DNA of 64,000 bases from an uncultured Candidatus Rokubacteria bacterium (GTDB lineage Bacteria > Methylomirabilota > Methylomirabilia > Rokubacteriales > DASRDR01). The stretch is taken from contig CAWGVS010000006.1 in the NCBI GenBank assembly GCA_963826115.1, positions 640,001 through 704,000 of the forward strand. Reading direction: 5' to 3'. The notes under the pieces are model-generated. The model was not told the DNA's origin, did no database searches, and saw only the letters and a program-made list of their open reading frames with translations. The position numbers and the translations under genes were made by a program. Positions 34,917 to 43,695 of the stretch are shown here, piece by piece. Position 1 is the first letter of the stretch. Each line of letters begins with the position of its first letter.

Positions 34917-36104
34917 CTAGATAAAGGAGGAGTCGGGCTCGAGCCCGAGGAGGAAGCGCCCGACCGTCTCGAAGTGCGTCTGGCGGCCCTGGACCTGCTG
35001 GGCCACCGTGTGCGCGTCCCGGAAGCGCCGCTCGAAGGGGTTCGCGTCGAAGATCGCGGTCGCGCCGGCCGTGTGGTAGGCGAAGTCCACGGCCGCCGTC
35101 GCCTCGGTGATCGCGTGGGTCGCCGCCAGCCGGATCCGGACGCGCTGGTCGAGGCCGAGCGTCCCCGCCCCGACGACGTCCCGCCAGACCTCCTCCAGCG
35201 AGCCGAGGAGGAGCGCCCGCGCGGCGCCGACCCGCGCCTCGACCCGGGCGAGCTCCGACTGGACGACGGCGCTCTCGCGGAGCGGGTGGCGGAGGCCACG
35301 CGGCGTCTTCGTCCGGGCGAGCGCGACGAAGGCGTCGAGCGTCGTCCGCGCGTTCCCCAGGGCGACGCCGGCGAAGCCCGAGGCGTAGAGGCTCGTGGTG
35401 GGGAAGCAGTAGAGCGGGCCTCCGTGCCGGCGCTCGGCGGGGTCGTCCCGCGCCGCCGAGCGCTCGCGGGGCACGAAGAGGTCCGCGACCGTGAACGAGT
35501 CGCTGCCGGTCGCCCGGAGGCCGATCACGTGCCAGGTGTCGAGGATCGTCGCGCGGGCCGCCGGGAACAGCATCCAGCGCGTCTCGGCCGCGCCATCCGG
35601 CCGACGGCGCGGCGCCCCGTCGGGCTCGTGGATCGCGCACTGGCCGCCGAGCCAGGTCGCCTGGCGGCAGCCGCTCGCGAAGGTGAACGTGCCCGTCACG
35701 CGGTAGCCGCCGTCGACGGGCACCGCGCGGGCGTCCGGGCTCGGCCCCCAGGCAAGGACGGCCCGCCGGTCGCCGAAGACCTCGCGCGCGACCTCGGGCG
35801 CCACGTAGCCCGAGATCATGGTGCAGCCCGCCGCCTGGCAGAGGCACCAGGCCGTGCTGGCGTCCGCGCGGCTCACCTCCTCGATGACGCGCGCGAAGGC
35901 CGCGGGGTCGAGCTCGGCCCCGTCGAGGGCGCGGGGGAGGAGGAGGCGGTAGAGGCCCGCCTCGTGGAGCGCGGCGACCAGGGGCTCGGGGAGGCGCCGC
36001 TCCCGCTCGCCGTCGGCCGCGGCCGCGGCGATCAGCGGGGCGAGCGCGCGGGCGCGGGCGAGGGGGTCAGCGGGCTCGCCGCGGGCGGGGGCGGCATCGG
36101 CCAT
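34917..36104 (-). CDS. acyl-CoA dehydrogenase-fold flavin-dependent hydroxylase (HsaA-like)
   Basis: DASTAW, FASGC, DTWHVIGLRATGS, ERRFRD. Confidence 0.88.
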   Translation of the reverse strand: MADAAPARGEPADPLARARALAPLIAAAAADGERERRLPEPLVAALHEAGLYRLLLPRALDGAELDPAAFARVIEEVSRADASTAWCLCQAAGCTMISGYVAPEVAREVFGDRRAVLAWGPSPDARAVPVDGGYRVTGTFTFASGCRQATWLGGQCAIHEPDGAPRRRPDGAAETRWMLFPAARATILDTWHVIGLRATGSDSFTVADLFVPRERSAARDDPAERRHGGPLYCFPTTSLYASGFAGVALGNARTTLDAFVALARTKTPRGLRHPLRESAVVQSELARVEARVGAARALLLGSLEEVWRDVVGAGTLGLDQRVRIRLAATHAITEATAAVDFAYHTAGATAIFDANPFERRFRDAHTVAQQVQGRQTHFETVGRFLLGLEPDSSFI

Positions 36105-36203
36105 GGCGGGATGGTACCCCGGCCGGCCGGGGCGCGGGAGGCAGCCGGCCGCGCGCCGGCCGGCCGGCCCGGACCGTGGCCCGCCTCGACGCGCCGCGTT
36201 GCC

Positions 36204-36233
36204 TTGACGCCCGCCGGGGCCGGCCCGTAGAAT
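36204..36233 (+). promoter_or_regulatory. sigma70 promoter of the tRNA pair
   Basis: TTGACG-18-TAGAAT, 10 nt before tRNA-Gln. Confidence 0.7.
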
Positions 36234-36243
36234 GGCCTCGCGC

Positions 36244-36317
36244 TGGGAGATCGTCTAGTGGTAGGACGCGTGGCTCTGGACCACGTAGCGGAGGTTCGAC
36301 TCCTCCTCTCCCAGCCA
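36244..36317 (+). tRNA. tRNA-Gln(CTG)
   Basis: acceptor TGGGAGA/TCTCCCA, anticodon arm CGTGG-CTCTGGA-CCACG, GTTCGAC T-loop, CCA end. Confidence 0.95.
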
Positions 36318-36348
36318 TTTTCTTTGTCTGTTGCGGGTGGTGGGAGCC

Positions 36349-36426
36349 GGCTCCATCGTCTAGCCCGGTCTAGGACACGGCCCTCTCAAGGCTGAAACAC
36401 GGGTTCGAATCCCGTTGGAGCCACCA
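36349..36426 (+). tRNA. tRNA-Glu(CTC)
   Basis: acceptor GGCTCCA/TGGAGCC, anticodon arm CGGCC-CTCTCAA-GGCTG, GTTCGAAT, CCA end. Confidence 0.95.
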
Positions 36427-37036
36427 CCGTTCTGACGCGGGTTTCCGCAGCATCAGCCCTTCCGCTCAGACTCTTGTTGCCACGGCTTGTTGCCATTCCG
36501 GCAGCTTCAACCACTCCAGCGAGGTTTGGATTCCCGTCCCGAAGCCTGGCGCGATATTAGGAGAGCGTGAGGCAAAGGACACCGGACAAACGGACAGTTC
36601 CGGCTGCCAGGCCCCAGGCGGTGGGTCAATGGCGACGCAGCCGAGTGACCGGCGGATGAGGTTGAGGCAGCAGAACTGGCCAATTGCCCGAGCACGTCCG
36701 GCCGCACTCAGAACGCTCCGCTCCTTCACCCGTGCGGCAGTTCGAGCCGATGAAAGACCAGGGTAGAAGTCGCAGGGTGCAATCGGATCCGATGCATCAA
36801 CACAACCGACTTGCAGCCGGACGGCGCCGAGCAGGGTGATTAGAAGGTGGCCCTGGATCATCGCAATAGCAGGAAACAGTCGCCACGGGACTCCCGTATG
36901 TCTTCTGTTGAGGACACAGTCAGTTATGAACCGAGCCGGTACCCCGGGGCGACCGGCTTCGGCTTCTATCCCTACCTCCGCCTCGTACACAGCGTTTCCG
37001 ATGTAGCGTGATCGGGGCCTGACCCTGATCACGACG

Positions 37037-37465
37037 GTGGCGGGGAACGGGATCGGCAGGACGGACCCTAGCTACCAGGATGAAGAAGTCGAGATCGCAC
37101 GTGTGTCGCTCCAGTCCACGACTGGGGACGTCATCAGCATTCGCGCGCGTCGAGAAGGAGGCGTCATTCGATATCGCGTTGTGGACGAGTACGGCACCAA
37201 GATAGTCTGCTCGCCGACGGAGAGCACGGAACCGCTATCACTCAGAGAATTGATCGGCCTGATGGACACAGCCCAGTATGATAACTCCCCGGAGTTCGTT
37301 GGACTCACGAACGCCTTTCGCGACTACGACGCTGGGTCTGATCCGGAGGAACTCCTGGCGTTCGTATCGGTATCGTCGGAGTTCTATTCAGAGCTTGAAT
37401 CCTACTACGATGACGACGGGCAACGTTGGCTCGAGGAGAGGCGGAGGTCCGAGACAAGCGGGTGA
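37037..37465 (+). CDS. acidic hypothetical protein, possibly N-terminally truncated
   Basis: protein-like EVEIARVSLQSTTGDVISIRAR..YRVVDEY; GTGA-coupled to the next gene; no clear SD. Confidence 0.6.
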   Translation: MAGNGIGRTDPSYQDEEVEIARVSLQSTTGDVISIRARREGGVIRYRVVDEYGTKIVCSPTESTEPLSLRELIGLMDTAQYDNSPEFVGLTNAFRDYDAGSDPEELLAFVSVSSEFYSELESYYDDDGQRWLEERRRSETSG

Positions 37466-37995
37466 GTGAGCCGGATCTGGTTCCCGCGCAGGAGCCCACG
37501 AAGCGCCCCCAACGCAAGGCCTTGAGTAAGCGCCTCCAGGTCGAGGTCTACCGACGCGACCGCTCGCTGTGCAGGTGGTGCGGGCGGTCCGTGATATTCG
37601 CTCCGGCCATGAAGTACCTCGAGCGGTACGCGCGGAGCCGCGGCTATACGGGTCCGCTCGCCTGGTTGTCGTTTGCTTGGCGTCGGGATGCATCACCGTT
37701 GCTGGATCACCTCGGGGCGGTCATCGATCATGTGAAGGCGTTTTCGACAGGAGGCGCGCACGAGGCGAGCAACTTCGCGACGGCCTGCGCAAAATGCAGC
37801 ATGCGAAAGAGTGCGGGCGCCGCGAAGGAGCCGCTCAGGAAGGTCAAAGCGAAATATGGAGAGCCTGAGCACTGGGACGGGTTCTCGGTGCTGTTCGTTT
37901 TGATGGTACGAGGCGATAAGAGCGGCGTCACACGGTCAGAAATGGAGTGGTACGAAGCGTTCAGTGGTGAGCGTGATGTACCTAGAACTAAGTGA
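37462..37995 (+). CDS. HNH endonuclease family protein
   Basis: RDRSLCRWCG, IDHV..GG...SNFATACAKCS; stop codon lies inside repeat site 1. Confidence 0.8.
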   Translation: MSEPDLVPAQEPTKRPQRKALSKRLQVEVYRRDRSLCRWCGRSVIFAPAMKYLERYARSRGYTGPLAWLSFAWRRDASPLLDHLGAVIDHVKAFSTGGAHEASNFATACAKCSMRKSAGAAKEPLRKVKAKYGEPEHWDGFSVLFVLMVRGDKSGVTRSEMEWYEAFSGERDVPRTK

Positions 37996-38004
37996 TCCCG
38001 GAAG
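37978..38004 (+). repeat. 27-bp cassette-boundary site 1
   Basis: GTACCTAGAAC-TAAGT-GATCCCGGAAG. Confidence 0.85.
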
Positions 38005-38046
38005 TAGGCATTCGCCGCCGGTGGGGCGGTAGCTGGAGAGAATGGC

Positions 38047-38856
38047 ATGAGAAACAATCAGACGCTCGACCTTAGCGGCTCACCGGCCGAGATCTATGAA
38101 CGGTACCTTGTCCCGCGCTTCTTCCTGCCGTGGGCACGGGATCTCATTGAGGCGGTTGCCCCGAAACCGGGTGAGCACGCCCTGGATGTCGCCTGCGGCA
38201 CCGGCGCCGTGACCCGGTTGGTTGCAGAGCGTGTCGCGCCTGGAGGCAGCGTTGTCGGCCTCGATGTCAACGCTGGCATGATTGCAGTGGCGCGATTGTC
38301 GGTGGCCAGTCCTAAGGTGGAGTGGCGAGAGGCGAACGTCCTCGAGCTCCCCTTTGGCGACAGCGCCTTCGACATCGTCGTCTGTCAGCAAGGACTCCAA
38401 TTCTTCCCGGATCGACCACTAGCGCTTTGGCAGATGAGACGGGTCCTAGGGCCACGCGGGCGTTTGGGCCTATCTTGTTGGCGTACCTCTGCCGAAAGTC
38501 CGGCCTATGCGGCCATCGAGCGAGCCCTTGCGCGCCGCCTCGGAGAGGAAAAGAGCAGCTTGCCGCCATTTGCGCTAAGCGACCTTCGGCACCTGGAGAA
38601 GCTAGTCGAGGGCGCTGGCTTTCGGGAAATCAAGGTGCAGAGCAAGACGAAGATGGTCGAGTGGCCGTCAGTGAATGTCTTCGTCCGGGCGACTGCGGCC
38701 TCCGCTCCGACGATGCTGGGTTCTCTCGCTGAGCAGGGTGACGCGATGCTGTCCGAGATTGTGGCCGAAGTGGAGGCGGATACTGAACGGTTCCGCAGCG
38801 CAGATGGTGAAATCAGGTTTCCGATGGCCAGTAATCTGCTCACTGCGCGCGCCTAA
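38047..38856 (+). CDS. class I SAM-dependent methyltransferase
   Basis: YERYLVP, LDVACGTG, FDIVVCQQGLQFFPD. Confidence 0.92.
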   Translation: MRNNQTLDLSGSPAEIYERYLVPRFFLPWARDLIEAVAPKPGEHALDVACGTGAVTRLVAERVAPGGSVVGLDVNAGMIAVARLSVASPKVEWREANVLELPFGDSAFDIVVCQQGLQFFPDRPLALWQMRRVLGPRGRLGLSCWRTSAESPAYAAIERALARRLGEEKSSLPPFALSDLRHLEKLVEGAGFREIKVQSKTKMVEWPSVNVFVRATAASAPTMLGSLAEQGDAMLSEIVAEVEADTERFRSADGEIRFPMASNLLTARA

Positions 38857-38886
38857 TCTGGCAGTTAGGCAACGTGTGTCGTAAAT

Positions 38887-38913
38887 GTTCCTAGAACCAA
38901 GTGATCTAAGGAG
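38887..38913 (+). repeat. 27-bp cassette-boundary site 2
   Basis: GTTCCTAGAAC-CAAGT-GATCTAAGGAG. Confidence 0.85.
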
Positions 38914-38959
38914 TGGAGCCGTGGGCCGCGCGTTGGCGTGGCCCGTAGGGAGGATTCCG

Positions 38960-39385
38960 ATGCTCCGTGGATTGAGTTCGATAGTCTGCCTCGTGGTTTT
39001 GGGCCTCCTCGCTCTGGCTGGTACCCGCGTGCTCGCTCAGTCAAGCACGGCTGGCTCGCCGGTCGGAGCGGACCAGATCGAGGCCATTCTGACCCAGCAA
39101 CCATCTTGGACGGTCTATTGGTCAAGCGCTGGAGCGGCACCGAGACCGCCCGCATCGGCAGCGGCGGATACGATCCAATTCCGTCGAGATGGCAACCAGT
39201 TCATGGGACACCTGAAAACCGTTTTCGGGCAAGAGTGTGACTTCGCGGTGACGGTCAAGGAGAATGGTTTCATCTATCCCGGCTGCGCACGATATGACAA
39301 AGAACTGATCTATGATCCGTCGGATAGCGAATATCCGTTCAAGGGGACGGCCAGATCATATGGGTTCTGGCTTCGGCGACAATGA
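38960..39385 (+). CDS. secreted hypothetical protein
   Basis: GGGAGG SD, signal peptide ending VLA-Q, two Cys. Confidence 0.75.
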   Translation: MLRGLSSIVCLVVLGLLALAGTRVLAQSSTAGSPVGADQIEAILTQQPSWTVYWSSAGAAPRPPASAAADTIQFRRDGNQFMGHLKTVFGQECDFAVTVKENGFIYPGCARYDKELIYDPSDSEYPFKGTARSYGFWLRRQ

Positions 39386-39417
39386 ATGGGGCGACGAGGC
39401 TGTCTTGTTGTCGCAAC

Positions 39418-39444
39418 ATTCCTAGAATCAAGTGATCCAAGGAT
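39418..39444 (+). repeat. 27-bp cassette-boundary site 3
   Basis: ATTCCTAGAAT-CAAGT-GATCCAAGGAT. Confidence 0.85.
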
Positions 39445-39447
39445 GGC

Positions 39448-39681
39448 ATGGCTGGACAGGTAACTCGGCGCCAGATGGAAACGTGGCTACTGGGCAATGG
39501 GTTCCGCCGTCTCAAGGGAGGAATGAGCGGACATGTTCAGTACGAGAGGCAGGGTGTGAAGATAACCTTGCCCGGGCATGGGCCGCAGGACCTGACAAAG
39601 AAGCATGTGGCGCTCATTATTCGGGCGCTTAATGGGGCAGGATTTGACCGGGAGCAGGTGCGCCGCGAACTCGGTGGATGA
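39448..39681 (+). CDS. HicA-like toxin (no adjacent HicB)
   Basis: 77 aa; L..NGF...G..SGH..Y....KITLPGH..DL pattern of the HicA fold. Confidence 0.7.
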   Translation: MAGQVTRRQMETWLLGNGFRRLKGGMSGHVQYERQGVKITLPGHGPQDLTKKHVALIIRALNGAGFDREQVRRELGG

Positions 39682-39686
39682 GTAAT

Positions 39687-39713
39687 GTTCTTAGAAGCAA
39701 GTGATCCAGGAAT
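39687..39713 (+). repeat. 27-bp cassette-boundary site 4
   Basis: GTTCTTAGAAG-CAAGT-GATCCAGGAAT. Confidence 0.85.
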
Positions 39714-39732
39714 CGTTTTGAAGGAGTAGGCC

Positions 39733-39969
39733 ATGGCACGCGTGCGTTGTGTGGCGTGCGCGCTGGAAACTCGCCGGTACGTTAACCATGTGCTGCCGGT
39801 AGGGTACCCTGACAGCGGGGTAATCTGTGGCGTGCCTTCGTGTCGGCTGCCCGGTCTCATCTGGTTGGAAGCAAAGGAGGCCCGAGCCTATGATCGGGCG
39901 AGCGGATCTTTCTGCTGCGCTCGAAGACGATCCAGGTCAGGGCTCAATGATGCGCTGGCAAAGTTCTGA
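39733..39969 (+). CDS. small Cys-rich hypothetical protein (possible missing G near 39897; alternative stop 39950)
   Basis: AAGGAG SD; CVAC..PVGYP..CGVPSC..PGLIWL; another frame gives a more protein-like GERIFLLRSKTIQVRAQ tail. Confidence 0.55.
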   Translation: MARVRCVACALETRRYVNHVLPVGYPDSGVICGVPSCRLPGLIWLEAKEARAYDRASGSFCCARRRSRSGLNDALAKF

Positions 39970-40067
39970 AGGCGTGCTGGCGGTCAGATAGGCTCTCGAC
40001 AGAAGATGCCATAGGCGTCAGAGGCGACGCCTATTTGCTTCGCACACAGGACTGCAGGGAGGCGGAT

Positions 40068-40421
40068 GTGGCCAAGTTCGAGACGGTTCCGATCGGAGAA
40101 CTCAAGCACCGGCTTCCGGCGAAGCTCCTGCCGCTGGTGGAGGAGTATCGGTAGAAGATGGAGAAACTTACGGCGGAGCAAGGCGGGCGCCTCACCCTCG
40201 AGAAAGGCGATGACGCGAAGGAGCTCCGGCGCGCCCTGAAGGCGGCCGCTGCAGCTGTGAACCGGCGCGTGCGGTTCCCCTTCCGGGGCGAGGAGGGGTC
40301 GCTGAGCTTTTATCTGGAGGGCCAGCGAGGACGACGAAGAGGGCGGCGGCCGAAGGGGGCGGGCGGTGCTGGCGAGGCGCCCAAGCGGAAGCGTGGACGG
40401 CCGAAGAAGGCGACCAGCTAG
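40068..40421 (+). pseudogene. basic AT-hook-tailed DNA-binding protein with in-frame TAG
   Basis: GGGAGG SD + GTG 40068, TAG 40152-40154, in frame with ORF ending KRKRGRPKK. Confidence 0.65.
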
Positions 40422-40547
40422 AGGCTACGAGCTCCATGTATATATGTAAGAGTCCGTCGTGTGGGACGGGACGGGCCCTTGGACACCTCCACCGGCTTGA
40501 GGGTAGGTTCGCGCGACGGCTAACCGGTCAGTTGAGGAGGGCCACCC

Positions 40548-40712
40548 ATGCCCCGCTATGAATTCCTCTGCGAGAAATGCCAGAAGACCTTCGAGCAGAC
40601 CATGACCATCTCGGAACACGAGAAGGGGAAGGTCCGGTGCCCGACGTGCAAGAGCACGAGAGTCGTGCCGCAGCTCAGCGGCTTCATGGGGCAGACGAAG
40701 AAGAAGAGCTGA
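40548..40712 (+). CDS. FmdB-family zinc-ribbon protein (absent from ORF track)
   Basis: MPRYEFLCEKCQKTFE...CPTCKS; GAGGAGG SD. Confidence 0.88.
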   Translation: MPRYEFLCEKCQKTFEQTMTISEHEKGKVRCPTCKSTRVVPQLSGFMGQTKKKS

Positions 40713-40727
40713 CAGTTGTGCCAGGAA

Positions 40728-40754
40728 GTCCCTAAAAGCGGGCGATCCAGGAAG
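40728..40754 (+). repeat. 27-bp cassette-boundary site 5
   Basis: GTCCCTAAAAG-CGGGC-GATCCAGGAAG. Confidence 0.7.
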
Positions 40755-40799
40755 TGAAGGAGGCGTCCTGGGTGTGAGCCGAGAACTACCCTTCGGAGA

Positions 40800-40828
40800 T
40801 TGACGTCACCCCACTCCGGGCGTAGCAT
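40800..40828 (+). promoter_or_regulatory. sigma70-like promoter inside a cassette
   Basis: TTGACG-17-TAGCAT upstream of the ABC SBP. Confidence 0.5.
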
Positions 40829-40848
40829 CCCGCCACCCGGAGGTGACC

Positions 40849-41838
40849 ATGAAGCGACCGGGCCGCGTGTTCCTCCTTTCGCTGACGCTGGCCGTCGCCC
40901 TCCTCGCCGCGTCGCTCGCCGCCGAGGCACAGCTGGCGGGGGGAATCCCTCGAGTTGGCTTGCTCTCATTCGCCGACGGGTTGCCTCCGCGCATTGAGGC
41001 TGCACTCTTGGACGGGCTCCGCGAGGATGGGTGGGTCGAGGGAAAGAGCATCACGGTCGAGCGCCGATACGCCGGTGGCCGGGCCGACCGGCTTCCCGAG
41101 CTGGCGACGGAACTCGTGGGCTTGAAGGTGGACGTCATCATCGCCTCTGGCGCGTCCGCCGTACGCGCCGCCAAGATCGCCACGAGTACCATTCCAATCG
41201 TCTTCGCCGGGGCCGCTGATCCCGTAGGATTCGGGTTGGTGGTGAGCCTGGCACATCCCGGCGGCAATGTGACGGGCGTGTCCGATTCGACCGGCCGTGA
41301 GATCGAAGGGAAGCGCCTCCAGCTGCTGAAGGAGGCCGTGCCGGCGGCCACTCGCGTGGGGGTCGTGCTGGACTCCACCAGCCGGACCGATCCGGCCCCG
41401 ATGCGCGAGGCCGCGCGGGCGTTAGGATTGGCGTTGCTGGTCTCGCCGGAAGCGTCCACACCCGAGGAGTTCCGGGACGTCTTCGCGTGGTTCTCCCGGG
41501 AGCGGACTGGCGTGTTGTATGCGCCTGAGACACCGGTGAATGCTCGGCATCGCAGTTTGATCGTCAAGCTGGCGGGCCAGCATCGCCTTCCAGCAATGTA
41601 CGCATCCCGGGAATTCGTCGAGGCGGGCGGCCTGATGGCATACGGCCCGAGCCATGCCAAGGTGTTTCGACAGGCCGCCGGCTACGTGACGAGGATCTTA
41701 AGGGGCGCTCGGCCGAGCGACCTGCCGGTCGAGCAGCCGACTGAGTTCGAGCTGGTGGTGAATGCAAGGACGGCGAAGGCCCTGGGGCTGGTCCTGCCCC
41801 CGGCAATCCTCACTCGGGCCGACCACGTGATCCAGTGA
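40849..41838 (+). CDS. ABC transporter substrate-binding protein (ABC_sub_bind type)
   Basis: TIPIVF..ADPV..GLVVSLAHPGGNVTG, GGLMAYGP, DLPVEQPTEFELVVN. Confidence 0.92.
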   Translation: MKRPGRVFLLSLTLAVALLAASLAAEAQLAGGIPRVGLLSFADGLPPRIEAALLDGLREDGWVEGKSITVERRYAGGRADRLPELATELVGLKVDVIIASGASAVRAAKIATSTIPIVFAGAADPVGFGLVVSLAHPGGNVTGVSDSTGREIEGKRLQLLKEAVPAATRVGVVLDSTSRTDPAPMREAARALGLALLVSPEASTPEEFRDVFAWFSRERTGVLYAPETPVNARHRSLIVKLAGQHRLPAMYASREFVEAGGLMAYGPSHAKVFRQAAGYVTRILRGARPSDLPVEQPTEFELVVNARTAKALGLVLPPAILTRADHVIQ

Positions 41839-41859
41839 GAGGAAGGGAGGGCGACACGC

Positions 41860-42360
41860 ATGCCATTCGGGAGATTCCTTGTCATCGTCTTCTTCACCGG
41901 CCTCTGCCTCCTCGTCCCACTCGTCAGCATGGCCCAAGAGGCGGTCTTCATCATTCGGCATACGGAGCAGGTGGTCGATGGAGAGGATCCACCGCTCACG
42001 GACATCGGCCATCAGCGCGCTGCACGGCTGCCCAGCGTCCTCAAAGACGCAGGCATCCGCGTCATTTACACCAGCGAGTCTCTGCGGACGATTCAGACCG
42101 CGCAACCACTGGCGAAGGTGTTGGCGATCGACAGCCGGATCGTGCCGCGACGTGAGATCGAGGCACTGGTGAGGCGGCTTGCCGTCGAGCACACCCAGGA
42201 TCGTGTGCTCATCGTCAGCCATTCGCAGACCATCCCGGTGTTGCTCAAAGCGCTGGGACACACCGCAGAGGTTCCGATCGGCCGGGACGAGTATGATAGT
42301 GTGTTTCTGGTCTTTCCGCGACAGGGAATGCCGCCGGTGGTCGTCCGATTTCACTTCTAG
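41860..42360 (+). CDS. secreted histidine phosphatase family protein
   Basis: IIRHTE, RTIQTA, VSHSQT; signal peptide. Confidence 0.85.
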   Translation: MPFGRFLVIVFFTGLCLLVPLVSMAQEAVFIIRHTEQVVDGEDPPLTDIGHQRAARLPSVLKDAGIRVIYTSESLRTIQTAQPLAKVLAIDSRIVPRREIEALVRRLAVEHTQDRVLIVSHSQTIPVLLKALGHTAEVPIGRDEYDSVFLVFPRQGMPPVVVRFHF

Positions 42361-42594
42361 CGGGTCCGAAGACAAAACCGGCCGTGACGATTCCGCCCTC
42401 GATGCGGGCGCGAGCGGAATCAATGATCCGGGTAGATCACGTCATCGGCTGGCCGCAGTCACGGGAGCAGACCACGACCCAGGCTTCCCGCAGCATCAAG
42501 ATCAAGCAGGCCACCGCTACGCCGGACAACCAAGAAGGCACTCCTTCACTAAACTCATGACCCCGCTGTCTCATTCTTGTTGACAGGTTCCGCG

Positions 42595-42621
42595 GTGCCT
42601 AGAAGAGAGCGATCCAGGGAC
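42595..42621 (+). repeat. 27-bp cassette-boundary site 6
   Basis: GTGCCTAGAAG-AGAGC-GATCCAGGGAC. Confidence 0.75.
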
Positions 42622-42776
42622 AAAGCTGCTTCCCGGGAAACACGCTGGCGCTGTTCGAGCTGAAGCGGCGGGGGCAATGAGCCCTTCGCCGAGATGTCCG
42701 CAAGAGCTATCTTCGGGCATCGTCATGGTTGGTGTGAGGTCATTTACCGAAGCGGCTGTGGTGGAAGGAGCCGATC

Positions 42777-43607
42777 ATGAGCACCACGACCACGACGTTC
42801 GTCGCGACGGACCCGAGTGCCTACGAGCAGTTCATGGGGCGATGGAGCCAGCGGCTCGCGCCGTCATTCGTTGGGTTCGTCGGCGTTCAAACAGGTGAGG
42901 AGGTTCTTGATGTCGGGTGCGGTACGGGAAACCTGACCCTTGCTTTGGCTCAGGTGCAAGTGAAGTCGGCGGTTGGCATCGACCCATCGAGCCCCTACAT
43001 CGATTTCGCGCGGAGCCGTACCTCCGATCCGATGGTCCGCTTCGACGTAGGTGATGGGACCGCGCTCCCATACGGGAGGGGGGCCTTCGATCGGGGCCTC
43101 TCAATGCTGGTGCTCGACGTCGTCCCAGACCCTGCTCCGATGGTGGCCGAGATGTGCCGGGTCACGCACCCGGGCGGCACTGTAGCCGGGCTTGTCAACG
43201 ACTTCCGGTGCGGGCACCCAGTCTTCACCATGTTGTGGGACACCGCGGCCGTGCTAGAGCCGGGCTTCGCCGACCTCCGTGACCATCTAACGTCGAAGCG
43301 GATCGGGTGGCCCGGGGGCTTAGCCGAGCTGTGGCACGCAGCGGGACTGACTGACATCCACGAGGGACGGCTGACTATGCCGTTCGACTTCGGTTCGTTC
43401 GCCGATTATTGGTCGACGTTCACGACGGGACAGGGCAAGACCGGGGGGCATCTCATGAGCCTGCCGGAGCCGAAGCGGCGAGAGATCGAACAGTGCGTGC
43501 GGGCGGCGTACCTCTGCGGGCAACCCGACGGCCCACGGGCGTTCCTGATGACGTTCTGGGTGGTCCGAGGAGTTGTCCGGGAGAACCCTTCCCAAATGAG
43601 CGGGTAA
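42777..43607 (+). CDS. class I SAM-dependent methyltransferase
   Basis: YEQFMGRWS, LDVGCGTG; AAGGAG SD. Confidence 0.92.
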   Translation: MSTTTTTFVATDPSAYEQFMGRWSQRLAPSFVGFVGVQTGEEVLDVGCGTGNLTLALAQVQVKSAVGIDPSSPYIDFARSRTSDPMVRFDVGDGTALPYGRGAFDRGLSMLVLDVVPDPAPMVAEMCRVTHPGGTVAGLVNDFRCGHPVFTMLWDTAAVLEPGFADLRDHLTSKRIGWPGGLAELWHAAGLTDIHEGRLTMPFDFGSFADYWSTFTTGQGKTGGHLMSLPEPKRREIEQCVRAAYLCGQPDGPRAFLMTFWVVRGVVRENPSQMSG

Positions 43608-43695
43608 AGGAGCTTGTGACTTCCTCGGGTGTCGAGCAACGCTCATGCGTTGAGGGAGATGAGAACACAACCCTCCAGGGGGTGCCTTCCCAGGA

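Noticed and set aside
32460-36230. 1256-aa + strand ORF and other long Arg/Pro/Gly-rich ORFs (e.g. 14041..16275, 54747..57512, 10231..12207)
   Set aside because: Shadow frames of well-supported genes in very high-GC DNA.
36849-36877. possible additional reverse copy of the 27-bp site
   Set aside because: Only one arm (CCCTGGATC) matches well and the arm spacing is off by one.
36466-37032. 188-aa minus-strand ORF as an integrase remnant
   Set aside because: No tyrosine- or serine-recombinase motifs recognisable; composition is not convincingly protein-like.
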